64,000 bases of DNA from Leucoraja erinacea. Taxonomy: Eukaryota. A model generated the notes under the pieces. That model did not search any database and had not been told where the DNA came from. It saw only the letters and a list, made by a program, of their open reading frames with translations. Positions 37,225-49,991 of the stretch are shown one piece after another. The translations under genes were made by a program, and so were the position numbers. Numbering within the stretch: the stretch's first letter is position 1; the number at the start of each line of letters is the position of its first letter. The stretch spans positions 65,968,001 through 66,032,000 of the forward strand of contig NC_073382.1 in the NCBI RefSeq assembly GCF_028641065.1, in the 5' to 3' direction.

Positions 37225-38147
37225 TGATCAATAAAGGTTTCCACTCCACTGGCATTCTGTGACCTTCACAACTGGAATGATTCTTTGGTGGGAAGAAATA
37301 TTTTCTTTCAGGGGGATTCTCTGAATTATCCCCAACTTCCCCATTAGTTTATTCTATTTCCCAGAGATTATGTTGCTTGTTTACTGAAATTACTGCAGGC
37401 GTGGAAAAACTCCCATGGAATTTTACCCTCTAGGAGTCTTAATTGATTTTTGGTTTCAGCGGAAGCTAAATGGGATTTGAAGAACTGTTAATCTTCTTTA
37501 TAGCTTCCTGAGATGCTTCTGCAAGTACTTTGGCAACTTTAAATCAGTTTATGGCGCACTCACTGCCGCTTACATAACATGGCAGTGTGCACTTGATCTT
37601 TTATCATCCCGAGAGACGGCAGTCATGTGTTTTTTCCCAGTTACGTTAGATGCCCTGAATTATTTCTTCACAACCATTGATATTTTGAGAAAAATGTAAG
37701 AGTACAGGCAACTTTTAAAAGCCTTGCATTATGCATTTGTTATAATTCTGGCTACTGTCCAAATATCTTGTTTGATCATGCCACAAAAGCAAGCTTTTAT
37801 ACAGTGGTCTGAGCTTCCTGCCAACTAATATTTGGGACATCTGCAATCTTGTGCTCCAGAACATAAATTTTACAAGATGCCGTTATCTATTACCTATGAT
37901 TCTTCCATGTGGAATAAACACACTGATCAAAACACAATACAAGCTAAAGTAGCAATTTAATTTGATTGCAATGCAGGAAACTGCAGATGCTGGAACTTTG
38001 AGCAAACAACAAACTGCTGGAGCAGGTCAGGCAGCACTTGTAGAGGGAAATGGATAGACAACATTCCTTCAGGCTGATGGAGTAGAGGGGAGATAGCTGG
38101 TAGTAGGTGGTAAGAGGAAGGGATTGGGCAAGAGCTGGCCTTGTTCA

Positions 38148-38610
38148 TCAGTCAATGAAAATACGCATGCAGGTACAGCAGGTAGTGAAGAAAGCGAATG
38201 GCATGTTGGCATTCATACCAAGAGGAGTTGAGCATAGGAGCAAAGAGTTCCTTCTGCAGTGTACAGGGCCCTAGTGAGACCACATCTGGAGTATTGTGTG
38301 AAGTTTTGGTCTCCAAATTTGAGGAAGGACATTCTTGCTATTGAGGAAGTGCAGCGTAGGTTCACAAGGTTAATTCCCGGGATGGCGGGACTGTCATATG
38401 CTGAGAGAATGGAGCGGCTGGGCTTGTATACTCTGGAATTTAGGATGAGAGGGGATCTTATTGAAACATATAAGATCATTAAGTGTTTGGAGGCAGGAAC
38501 GGGGTACTGATTGTGGGTGATCAACCATGATTCCATTGAATGGCGGTGCTGGCTTGAAGGACCGAATGGCCTACTCCTGCAACTGTTGTCAATTGCCTAT
38601 TGTCCATAGT
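38148..38610 (+). mobile_element. CR1 3' fragment
   Basis: ORF 38259-38510 (YRALVRPHLEYCVKFWSP...QRRFTRLIPG...RMRGDLIETYKI) and 3' end 'gaaggaccgaatggcctactcctgc'. Confidence 0.9.
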
Positions 38611-39399
38611 TCTTTTTTCACTTTCCTTTCTTCGTAGAGTAGAGTCACATTTGCTAGACTGCAATCTGCAGGAACCAATCCAGAATCTAATGAGTTTTGG
38701 AAGATAATAACTACTCATTATCTTCAGATCCAGTTCTTTCATAACTCTGGAAGTTAATTTACCAAGTTGATTGGACTCGTCAGTTTTCAAGCTCGATGTC
38801 CCGTCCAGTAACATTTCTGCATGGACAGTATTTTTTGTACTTGTTTGACAGTGACCTGCACTCACTCTTCTGTTCAGAAGCTGCAACCATTCAGGATCAG
38901 AAATTCTACCCCCTTCTCTTCATCTCTGACCTTTTACCTCATTGCCCAATTCAGGTCTGGACAGAGTTGGTGCAGATAGGATACTTCTCTCGGCTGGCGT
39001 GTCTAGAACTGGGGTCACATTCTCGGACGGGGTAAGATATTTTTGACAGAAGAGATAAGCTTCAGTTCAGTTCAGTTTATTGTTACGTTTACCGAGGTAC
39101 AGTGTATTACGGGAATAGCGCCACCTGTGGTGCAGTACACAAGATGGATCCTGAATTAAGATGGCTGAACCCAAGTCACGATTGTAAAGCCTCCGATAGT
39201 TAGTTGTGAAACTGTAATGTAGCAGTTTACCCAGAGCTTACCTCGATCTTGGACAAGCAGCAACAAAGAAAAGCAGGGAGAAGAGCTGATTGGCTGAAGC
39301 CCATGGGGGAAGGGAAGTAAGTAACAGGGGGAAAACAGTTTAAAACTGAGGAATTTGGTTTGTAAATTGGTAAATTAGGCAATTTATCAGTCAATATGA

Positions 39400-41620
39400 G
39401 CAAGTGCTTTAAGTGAGCAGCAGTGAAGGAATGGCCTTGTGAGTAAAGTGCGAGTCTTTGGCGAGGAGGCTGAGGAGAGGACGCTATGCAAAACGCTGGA
39501 GAGGGAGAGACGCAAGCTGATTCAGTGTGATGCTTGCAGTATGTAGGAGGTCAAGGACACAGCTGGTGCCTCTGGCTGCCACAAATGTGAGAAGTGCATC
39601 CAGGTACATCTCCTGAAGGACCGTGTTGGGGAACTGGAGAAGCAAGTGGATGACCTCAGGTTCGTCCGAGAGGCTGAGTCGTTCCTCGACGAGTCCTACA
39701 GCAAGATTGTTACACATAAGGTACTGGAAAAGAGAAGGTGGTTGACGGTGAGAAAGGGAAGTAAACATGGAATATAAAGGTCCCTGGGTGTTGTACCTCT
39801 TGTGAACAGGTTCACCCACTTAGAAGCTGTCGGGACAGAAGATGTTGATGCACTGAGCGGCGGACTGGCTTGCAAAGCAAGGGGTGCTGTTGAGCCAAAA
39901 CCAATGAGGCCGACATCAGGCAATACTGTGGTGGTTGGAGACTCCATTGTGAGAGGGATGGACAGGGGTTTCTGTGGTAACAGATGGGATTCGAGGATGA
40001 TGTGTTGCCTCCCTGGTGCCAGGATCCAAGATGTCACGGATATAGTGCAGAAAATCCTCAAGGGCGAAGGTGAACAGCCAGAAGTTGTAGTGCATGTTGG
40101 CACAAATGATGTCGGAAAGAAGGGGATGAATATTCTGAAGCGTGACTTTAGAGAGCTTGGAAAAGTGCTGAAAAGCAGGACCTCCAGGGTGGTTATCTCT
40201 GGTTTGCTTTCAGTTCCTCATGCTGGTGAGAGCAAGAATAGGGAGATACAGGACCTGAATGTGTGGCTGAGGAACTGATGCAGGGGGCAGGGATTTAGAT
40301 TCTTAGACCACTGGGATCTGTTTTGGAGTAAGGGGGAACTGGACAAAAGGGATGGGTTGCACCTTAACAGGTGGGGGACCGGCATTCTGGCAGGCAGGTT
40401 TGCCACTGCGACACAGATGGTTTTAAACTAAATAAGGGGGGAGGGGGTGGGGGGTCAAATGGGATATTCAAATACGGAGTTAAAGGGAAAGGGAGTAAAG
40501 GGATAGTTAATGACCCCAGAATTAACGGGAAAGTAAGCTCACAAAGGGATAGGAGAGTATGGCCAAATATAATAGGGATCGATGTAAAAGGCGAGATGCG
40601 TAAGGAATTAAAAGTATTGTATATGAATGCGCGAAGTATAAGAAGTAAAGTAGATGACTTTGAGGTTCAGTTAGAGGTTGGTAGATATGACATTGTAGGG
40701 ATTACCGAGACGTGGCTGCAGGAGGATCGGGCCTGGGAACTTAATATTCATGGTTATACATCAAATAGAAAGGACAGGCAGGTGGGCAGAGGAGGTGTGG
40801 GGTGGGGGGGGGGGGGGGGGGTAACTGTTGGTGAGGGATGGAATTTAGTCCCTTGCGAGGGAAGACATAGGGACTGAGGAGGTGGAGTCACTGTGGATTG
40901 AGTCAAGAGCGGAACTCGCTATCAACACATGGAGGGGATGGGGGACACAATTTTTTGGCGGCCACGAGCGCATGCGCACACTCACACACCCACGCGCGAA
41001 GCTTCAGATGCTCAATGCAGCGCTAAATGCAGCTCAACTCTGCCTGTCTCACCTGGTTAACTACAGCCCTGACTGGACTGACGGGACACCAGCACTGCTT
41101 CTCTGCGCTGGCCATATTTCCCGCAAGCCCAGGCAGATTAACCTGGCGGGCCAGGCAGAGTTGAGCTGGGTTTAGTACTGTACCACTGCGCTAGCTGTGG
41201 GCCTGGAGGCACAACTCACGTCTGTCTGCTCTGGCCCTGGATTGAGTTGAGGAATGACAAAGGCAAGAAGATACTAATTGGTGTTATCTACATACCCCCA
41301 AATAGTAGCCCGGATGTAGGGTATAAGTTGCAGCAGTAGTTAAAACTGGCATGTAACAAAGTTAATGCCACTGTGGTGATAAGGGATTTCGATTTGCCGG
41401 TAGACTGGTAAAATCAGGTTGGTTCAGGACCCCAAGAAAGAGAGTTTGTCGAATGCCTCAGAGATGGTTTCTTAGAGCAGCTTGTAATGGAGCTGAGCAG
41501 AGAAAAGGCAATTTTGGATTTAGTGTTGTCCAATGAACCAGATTTGATAAGAGAACGCGAGGTAAAGGAACCGCTTGAAGGTATTGATCATAATATGTTT
41601 AGTTTTAATCTGCAATTTGA
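39400..41620 (+). pseudogene. CR1 5' portion: ORF1 (Cys-rich finger plus SGNH esterase) and start of ORF2 endonuclease
   Basis: ORF 39802-40278 has esterase blocks VVGDSIVRG, CLPGA, VHVGTND, followed past a stop by DGLHLN; then LYMNARSI, VGITETWL of the APE endonuclease. Stops and frameshifts present. Confidence 0.92.
40904..41239. mobile_element. 336-bp hAT-like insertion in the CR1 endonuclease
   Basis: CA...TG termini; perfect 8-bp TSD GATTGAGT (40896-40903 / 41240-41247); removal restores the CR1 peptide ESLWIE-LRN. TIR similarity is weak. Confidence 0.75.
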
Positions 41621-41621
41621 G

Positions 41622-43121
41622 GAACCGAAGTGTTGGAGGGCCTGGGAGGAGTGAGGTCTGTTGCTGTTGACATCCTAGTGTTTGGGAACGGAAAAACCGC
41701 AGAGGAAGCAGAAAGAGACCATGACAGGAAGGTCAGAGCTCTGATGGAGAGATGTCGTGACAGAAACCTGAAGCTGAACATAGAGAAGGCAAAGCTGAAG
41801 GGGAAGGAAGTCACTTTGATAGGACATAGAGTCTCTGCTGCAGGACTGAAACCAGATCCAGGGAAGGTAGGCGCAGTGCTACAGATGCCTAACCCAATGG
41901 ATGTCCAAGGAGTTGAGCAATTTATTGGGTTTGCTAACTAGGAGCAAATTCCTTCCTGGATTATGTAACCTATGTGAACCGCTACGCAAGCTGACACAGA
42001 AGGATGTGGTTTGTTGGTGGGCAGAGGTGCATGACAAGGCGGTGAAGGAAATTAAGAAGCTAGTAACTGCAGAGCCATTGCTCAGATACTATGATCCATC
42101 CAAGGAGCTGACAGTACAGGCCGATGCGTCAGAAACTGGACTTGGTGCGGCGCTGATGCAGGAGGGTCATCCAGTTGCCTATGACAGCAGGGCCGTGACA
42201 GATGCGGAGACCAGATATGCACAAATAGAAAAATAATTGCTGGCAGTGGTGTTTGGTCTAGAGAGGTTCCATGTGCACAGATATGGTAGGCCAGTGAATG
42301 TGCAGTCAGACCATAAGCCACTGGAGATAATCGTCACAAAACCACTTCATCGCGCACCAAAGAGATTGCAGAGGATGCTGGTGAGGATGCAGACCTATGA
42401 TGTGACAATAAGATACAGACCAGGGAAGTAGATGCAGCTTGCGGACATACTGAGCAGAGCATATATTCAGACTGGCAAGACTGACAAGACCATGAGGGAA
42501 CTGGAGAATGTAAACCTAGCAAGGCACATCCCATTATCACAGTCTGTGCTAAATGGCATAAGGGATGCAACGAAAAAAGATGAGACTACAAGAGGTGATC
42601 AAACAAGGCAGGCCAGAGAACAAGAAGAATGGTGACCCAAAACCTATATCCTATTTCCATGTGAGGGACGAGCAGAGTGTTGAAGATGACCTCATATTCA
42701 GAGGAGAGAGGGTAATCATCCCTAAAGCTATGTGACGAGACATGATCACACGAGTACATGACTCCCACATTAGTGTGAATGGCTGTCTAAGAAGGGCAAG
42801 CGAATGTCTGCACTGGCCCGGAATGAATGCAGAAATCAAGGACTTCGTACAGAAATTGAGACATGTCAAACTCAAGGGAAAGAGCAACCAAAAGAAACAC
42901 TACATTCCCATTAAATTCCAGAGAGGCCATGGGCGAAGGTGGGTGCAGATTTGTTTCACTTGGATGGAAGGAACTATTTGACCACTGTGGACTACTTCTC
43001 AGGATATTGGGAAATAGACTATCGAGAGAAAACACTGGCATTTAATGTCATCCAGAAAATCAAAGGCCAGTTCACAAGATATGGAAAACCAGATCAGCTC
43101 ATCACAGATAATGGGCCACAG
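41622..43121 (+). pseudogene. Ty3/Gypsy LTR-retrotransposon pol fragment (RT end, RNase H, integrase start)
   Basis: VDILVFG, LKLN..K, GLKPDP.KV (RT); [33 protein letters not shown] (RNase H); VHDSH..WPGM, ADLF, VDYFS, LITDNGPQ (integrase). Order RT-RH-IN; multiple stops and frameshifts. Confidence 0.93.
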
Positions 43122-43260
43122 TGGGGATCATGACAGAAGCTTCCTCGTGGCAATCCCCGTAAACGACGACACAATGCACTCAGTGATGCGTCGGGCAACC
43201 AGTTCTGTCAACATGTTGGATGACGATGGAAGCCAACAGCGAGCTATGTGTCGTCTGACA
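43122..43260 (+). repeat. ~140-bp dispersed repeat of unknown class (other copy at 9066-9201)
   Basis: End-to-end similarity with the reverse complement of 9066-9201. Confidence 0.85.
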
Positions 43261-43829
43261 ACAAGCTGTTAGAAGTATGTTGGGCGGAGGTGCAGATGCC
43301 GGTTTAAGGCGAAGATAGACACAAAATGCTGGCGCAACACAATGGGCCAGGCACCATCTCTGGAGGAAGTAACGTGAGACATTTCGTATCAAGACCCTTC
43401 TTGGTTGAGAAGTATGTGGAGAATAGTTTACAAGAAAAGATTCTTGGGGAATGCTTTTCCTTCGTGAGCTCAATGTTGAAAATACTTAGCTGGTAAGGAA
43501 AAATAGAAATATAACATCAATATATGGAGTGAAGTATTGTTTCAATTTCAATTCCGACTGAATCTTTTATTTTGAACAGATGACTCACCTAGAAGTAGGC
43601 TTCGCTAGCTCGCCATCAGGAGAAGAATAATTCAGAGGGAGATGGCATTTGGATTATTGTGGGATGAGGGAAATTAGGAGTCTGATTTAAGTTCTGCAGA
43701 GGTTTGGTGGGGATCTGATTTCTGCTAGCAGTAGGTTAAATTGTAGTGCAGAAAGAGTCTGGTGTGATAGGAAGAAATGAACTTGATGAAGATATGGTTC
43801 CTGTTCCTTCTAAAACTAAATCCAATTGT

Positions 43830-45490
43830 TTGTAATAGTAAGGGATTCTAACGTTTCAAATATCGACTGGGGCTGCCACAGTTCTAAGAGCTTGGATGAG
43901 GTGGAATTTGTTAAATATGTTCTGGAAGATCTTCATGAGCAATATTGCCTTTGGGAAGTCTAACATGGACAGCACCTACACAGTGAATGTCAGGGCTCTG
44001 GGGAGTGTTATACAGAAGAGAGATTGAGAGTGCGGGTCTATAGTTCCTTGAAGGTGGAATCAAAGGTACAAAAAGGCTTTTGGCACATTGACCTTCATCA
44101 GTCAGAGTAATAAGTACAGAATTTGGGAGGTCATGTTGAAGTTGTATAAGACGTTGGTGAGGCTGCATTTAGAGTATTATGTTCGGTTCTGGACACCATG
44201 TTGTAGGAAATATGTTGTCAAGTTGGAAAGGTATAGAGATTTATGAGGATTTTGCCAGGACTCGAGGGTCTGAGCTATAGGGAGAGGTGGAGTAGGCTGG
44301 GACTCTATTCCTTAGAGTGCAAGAGGATGAGTGGTGATCTTATAGAGGTATAGAAAATCATGAGAGGAATAGATCGGGTAGATGCACAGAGTTCCTTGCC
44401 CAGAATAGGGGAATTGAGGACCAGAGGACATAGGTTTAAGGTGAAGGGGATAGATTTAATAAGAATCTGAGCGGTAACATTTCCACACAAAGGGTGTATG
44501 GAACGAGCTGTCAGAGGAGGTAGTTGAGGCAGGGACTATCGCAATGTTTAAGAAACAATTAGACAGGTACATGGAAAGGCCAAGTTAAGAGGGATATGGG
44601 CCAAATGCAGGCAGATGGGATTAGTGTAGCTGGGACATGTTGGCAGGTGTGAGCAAGTTCAGCCGAAGGGCCTGTTTCCACACTGTCTGACTCTCTGACT
44701 CTAATATGTAGATGGTCCTTCTAGAGAAGGGGAACTACTGGACTGTCTCTTGGGAAATAAGGTAGGAAAGCTGACTAAGTGTTAGTGGGGGGAATAATTT
44801 GGGATGAATGGCCACAATCATATTCGTTTTTAACAGCTATAGAAAAGTATACGACTGGCCCATAAATTAAAGTCCTAAATTGGGACAAGGCCAATTTTGA
44901 AGTCATAGGACAGGAACTTCCAAAAGTTTATTGGGGAGGCTGTTTTCAGGTAAAGGAATAGCTGACAAGTGGAGGTTTGTAAGCGGGAGAAAGGGAGAAT
45001 TCAGGGATAATATATTGCTATTGGATTTAAACCCAAGCCTGACAGGATTAGAAAACTCTGGATGATGAGGTATTGAGACTCAGATCAACAAAAAGGAAGC
45101 ACATGTCAGATATAGGCAGCTGTGATCAACTGAATTCCTTGAGGCGTATGAGAGGTGTATTACTACCCTTAAGTGGAACATCAGTTCAAGTTCAAGTTCA
45201 AGTGAGTTTATTGTCATGTGTCCCTGATAGGACAATGAAATTTGTGCCTTGCTTCAGCACAACAGAACACAGTAGGCATTTACTACAAAAACAGATCAGT
45301 GTGTCAGGGCGGCAAAAAAGGATATGAGTGGCTTTGATGGATAAGATAAAGGAGAATCCAAAGAGATTCTACAAGTATATTAAGGGAAAAAAGATTAACT
45401 TGGAAGAGAATGGGGCTCCCGAGAGATCATTGAGGTAATTTGTGTGTGGAGCTATAATAGGTGGGCAAGGAATTAAATGAAGATTTGTTT
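43830..45490 (+). mobile_element. Old CR1 ORF2 endonuclease region carrying two nested insertions
   Basis: Decayed GDFN/IDW, LD.LLGN and KENPKRFYKYIK segments; interrupted by a CR1 3' end (43946-44702) and a Rex/Babar tail (~45183-45305, minus strand). Confidence 0.7.
43946..44702 (+). mobile_element. CR1 3' fragment nested in an older CR1
   Basis: TSD AATAT (43941-43945 / 44703-44707); ends 'gccgaagggcctgtttccacactgt' plus (ctgactct)n. Confidence 0.85.
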
Positions 45491-47379
45491 ATACCAAATA
45501 GATAAAAAGATTTGTATCATTAGTTTTAGCTCAATGTGTTGCTTTCCAGCTAAAAAATGAAAGAATGGATGTTTTTGTGAGAATCTGTGACTATCTTTCC
45601 ATTTATAGAAAAATAATGCTGGAAAGGAAAGGCACTGGCAGTTAACATAGCACCAGAGGAAGACTCTTCACCATCTGTCATTTATAACATATAAATCTAC
45701 CTGGATGTATATGATGAACAGCGTCCGTGCAAATTGGGATTCTCCTGGGAGATGTCCATAAAGTTGTGGCTCATATTATGATGTGATGTGCAATCATACT
45801 GCAAGACAGGTTTTGTGCTGCCTGTAGCTTTTTGCAACTTTGATGTGAATTATTATGTCTCATGTTTATCACGTATCCCATCAATTATCTCCATCTGTAG
45901 TGCATGGGTATATTAAACATCCCCTGCATTGTTTGCCGAATTTAGCAATATCATTACTTTTCCTCTATTCAAAATGTGAGATGGCATTACAATTACTTCA
46001 GACTTCAGGATGAATTAATAACATCCTCATCCCTGCATCTCGCTGCACAGAATGATTGTTTTCAAGATGCAGCTTACCCATACTTTTCGGGGCAGCACCA
46101 TGCAATTAAATTAAATGTTCCAGATAGTATTTGTGATGCTTTTGCTTTGGGCAAGCTGGTGTAGTCCCATGATTTGACATATCATGAAAGGGGTTTACTT
46201 CCAGGAGAACAAAACTATCAGCAGCACTGGACAATAATGCACGGTCAATAACTGCACTGTGAAACATCTCAAACATTGGTAAATGTCTCTGTGACTACCC
46301 CAATTATCACCATTGCTCTGATTTCCTTCTCATGCCTGTGACGTGATGGTTAGTAGGTTGACTGGTAGAAGTGGGCAATAGGGGTGGGGAGAATTGATGG
46401 GGGCACACAAAGGAAAGGCGGGATAATCTGCTTCCACAGCCACATTTCATTTCTTAGCAAATGTGTCCATCTCAGCTTATCCCTGGTTTTACCCCAATAG
46501 AAATATAGCCCTCACCTGTCGTCCCTACAGCTCCACAAACGTATTTAGTCTGCTTTCCAATCCTGAAGAAGGGTCTTCAACCTGAAACTTTAACTCTGTT
46601 TCCCACAGATGCCGCCTGACCTGCTAAGTATTCACAGCATTTTCTGTTTTTATTTTAGATTTCCAACATTTTCATTTTTTTCCCCACTGAGTGTAGATGG
46701 GTGCCTGGTGGTCAGAATGGACACATTGGGTAAAAGGTGTCAATGGTGTATGCTCTATGTCTCCGTGTCTCTATGACATTATCTATTTATTTTGTAAGAA
46801 TTGTGAATCTAACTGGGCATCCAAAGCATATGGAGAAAGAAATCCAGCTCCATTTCCTTGAATGGAGATCATGTCTCATGGCCAGGAAGATTCGCGATGA
46901 TTGGAGCAGTCCTAAGGTTTCAGGATTCATTAAATCAATTTTAAACAGGAATTCCTACTCCACCACAAAGGCTATCACTCTCTTCCTGTCCAAATTGTCT
47001 GTGACTATCAGTAAAGTATCTTTGCAGTCAACATGGTGCCTCAGGAACACTTGATTGATGCATTCATTCTGATTACAAGAAATAACAGCCTTTTTCAGGA
47101 ATAAAAATACCAACAGTTGTTGCTTGGGTACTGCAGTATCAGTAAGACACACAGTTGTATATGTGATTCAAGGGCAAAGCCTTACAACCATTGACTACTC
47201 ATGCCTATGCACAGGACCGAATTTAGATGAAGAAAGGCCTTAAGCTATTTCACTTGTGAGCCCCCACCCCCGCCCCTCGACTACAGGACCATGACTACCT
47301 GACAGTGACAGTGTGACACTTTTAGATCCTACTGTATGTTGTCATTAAACAGTTGGTTTTAAAATACATATTAGATTCA

Positions 47380-47640
47380 CCGTGGAGCGGGCGATGCCTT
47401 ACCTGGATTGTCATTTAAAGCTCCGGAGTGTTGGGCCTGCTGCTTCAACATCATGGAGCTGTGGTTTTGCGGAGCTCCCAGCCTCAGGCTGCGCTGATTT
47501 TAATATTCCAGAGCCCTGGGAACCCTTTGCCGAGGGCCGCCAGCGTGAATCTCCACCCAGCTCGGCCTGTGGACTTCGGGAGCCGCGGTCTCCGGTAGGA
47601 AGTGGCCGATTCGGAAGTCCAACCTGCCGAGAATGTTATC
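47380..47640 (+). mobile_element. Fragment related to the non-autonomous element at 3866-4635
   Basis: Shared motifs 'aacatcatgga', 'gattttaa', 'ggagctc', 'cggcctg.gga'. Confidence 0.4.
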
Positions 47641-47689
47641 CCATTCCGTCGTCGGATGGTGACCCCCAAATTTCATTGTACCAATGGCC

Positions 47690-48370
47690 ATGAGGGGTGG
47701 TCCAAGAGGAGGGGGTCCATTGGAGACAGGAAAAGGGATCATCAACGGAGGCGAGGACGCCTTCCCATGGAAGAACGGAGTGAGGCGGAGGCGACGGAAG
47801 AAGAGCTCCAAATCGCAGTGGGCGCGAAACTCATTGAGGTGGAGATGGAGGGGGACAAAGGTGAGGCATCTGCTGAGGACTGACCATTCGGTATCTGAGA
47901 GGGGGAGATCAGGGGGGGATGGTGAACGCAAGGCAGGGATGGGGGTTGGGGCCGGAGGAAGCCAGGTGAGTGGACTAAGGCCAAGGCGATGTCTGGTGGA
48001 GGGGTGGTGGGTGGTCAGGGGGTAGGGGGATATGAGGACTGTAGTGTGGGTGGGGAAGAGCTGGGGTCACATGGTTTGAGGGGAATGGGGAAGCCCCAGT
48101 GGAACAGCCACTGAGATTACCGGGTTAGGGGGACTAGCACTAGGATCCAGCGCAGTCAAACCCTGGGGAGTGGGAGTCTGCAGCGTGGAAACTTCAGGCC
48201 CGGTGCTGAGTCCAGGCTGCAGGTAAGGCGATGGCTGTGGGCTGCTGGAGGGTGGTGGAGTGGCCAGGGTCAGCGGGCAAAGAGTAGGAGGTCCCGGTGG
48301 GCGGATAGTCGGTGGGGCGGCGAGGTTCGATGGGTCTGGTGAGGCAGCGAGGTGAGTAGGCCCCCCCTAG
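47690..48370 (-). pseudogene. Penelope-like element ORF fragment (N-terminal to RT)
   Basis: PPDLPLSDTEWSVLSRCLTFVP...NEFRAHCDLELFFRRLRL matches the PLE N-terminal motif LS..E.SVL.KGL.F.P...F.RRLRL. Confidence 0.8.
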
Positions 48371-48469
48371 ATCTCGAGGCCCTAAGCTTAAGCTGTCTAG
48401 TTTATACGTAAATCCGGCCCTGCCTAAGCATTCCCCTGGGGCTTGTATTGTACCTGCTTGTCTCTTCTT

Positions 48470-48900
48470 CTGCCTCTGCTAATCTACTGTGAAAACTTTC
48501 AGATTTGTTCTACATTATTCTAACCTCTCCTTGCCAAACACCCATCATCCTCAGCAAAATCTTGCTGGCTGCATCCTAACTGGCCTGAAATCCTGCTATT
48601 ACTCCTGTTCCTGCTGACCTGCTTTGCTCTCTGTCCACTCATCCCATCATTTTAAATTTCTCATTTTGGATTTCAATTCCTCCAACGAGTTTATCCCTCC
48701 CAATCTCTACAACCTCCTCCAGCTGGAAGCAATCTCTGTACTCATCCACTTCTGCTCTTTCAAGCATTCTGCATTTTTATTGCCTCATCATTGGTGATCA
48801 TTCTTTCAACTTCATTGGCCCTAATCTTCAGACTTCCCTCTTTAAGCCTTTTTCTCCTTTAAAATGCTTATTGAAGCTTACCTTTTGGCCAACCTTTTGT
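48470..48900 (+). mobile_element. Old L2-type LINE 3' fragment
   Basis: Pyrimidine-rich decayed RT C-terminus ('attactcctgttcctgctgacctgc', 'ttttaaatttctcatt', 'ctctacaacctcctccagc'). Confidence 0.55.
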
Positions 48901-49991
48901 TTACTTTTTTTTTTTAAGTCACCTGAAATAGCAGTTCTTTAAAACTTCATCCTTGGGACAGCATTTCTACCATTGTAGCTCGCTTGATACCACGTTGGGA
49001 GTCTCAATCTAGATTGCATAAACCCAATGATCCATTTTATATATGCCATTAAGAATTAGAAAATAAAAATGTTTTGTCTCTCGTAAATTCCCACACAAAA
49101 ATACTTCTGTCTCTCGAGTGGAACTCCAATCCATTTGAAGAACAGTGCCAACAATAAGCCTTAGATCATGCAAATAGATTTGGATGGGTTAATAAAGCAT
49201 TCCCCAAAACCAAATCCACGAAAACTTCTCTTTTTGGTTTTTTAATGTTTTTCTTTAATGGAGAATTGTTCTGAACTCGAGCATGTTGGCTGAAAGAAAT
49301 AATATTCCTTTTTTTTTAGTTGTGTCGAAATATGTGTGGCAGCAAGCCCTAGTAAACGCAATTACATCCTTCCTTGTTTTTCTCCATCATTCCAGTTCAA
49401 TATACAGAATCTGGCTAAGTAGCAAGTCTTTCATTTACTTCAAAGGGCGACATTAAACATTTGAAGAGGCCAGAAATGCTATCTTTGTTAATAACTACAG
49501 GCGCAAGTCTTGTGTTATTTTAAATGCCTTTTTGTTTAGTGTTGTCGTCCTTGGGGAACTATCAAAAATAGAAAACCATCTGTGCCATTCAGGCAAATCT
49601 ATTCTGACGGGGAGATCAGATGTGAGTGAACTCCGGGAGGCTGCTTTGATGCATTCATTTGAAAGTAGTAGTTTTTCTTCATCATCAGATATGAAAGCAC
49701 TCGTGTTACTCTACATGAGTACACTATTAGGCTATTTACATTTCTCTCGACACCAATTTCAATACATTTACAAAAACATTTTTTTTTTCTTAAATGTGTG
49801 CATGCTATACAAATTGTTACAAAGTTTTCACTATTTGCCAGCATTAAAGTGATACTGAGATGCAAGGCTTATAATAATTAATGATCTGCTGCTTGCTGAA
49901 AGTGCTAGCAATTCAGCATTGATCGTCTCGTACCTTTTCACTTCAAGTGTCAGCAAGTTTGGGCCTCAGACATTAATATACAAATATACAG

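Noticed and set aside
37555-37600. Small hairpin containing TGGCAGTG, the miR-34/449 seed
   Set aside because: Seed is on the wrong arm, the remainder does not match miR-34/449, and the stem is too short.
47398-47407. CTTACCTGG resembling the U1 snRNA 5' end
   Set aside because: Only 9 nt match; the rest of U1 is absent.
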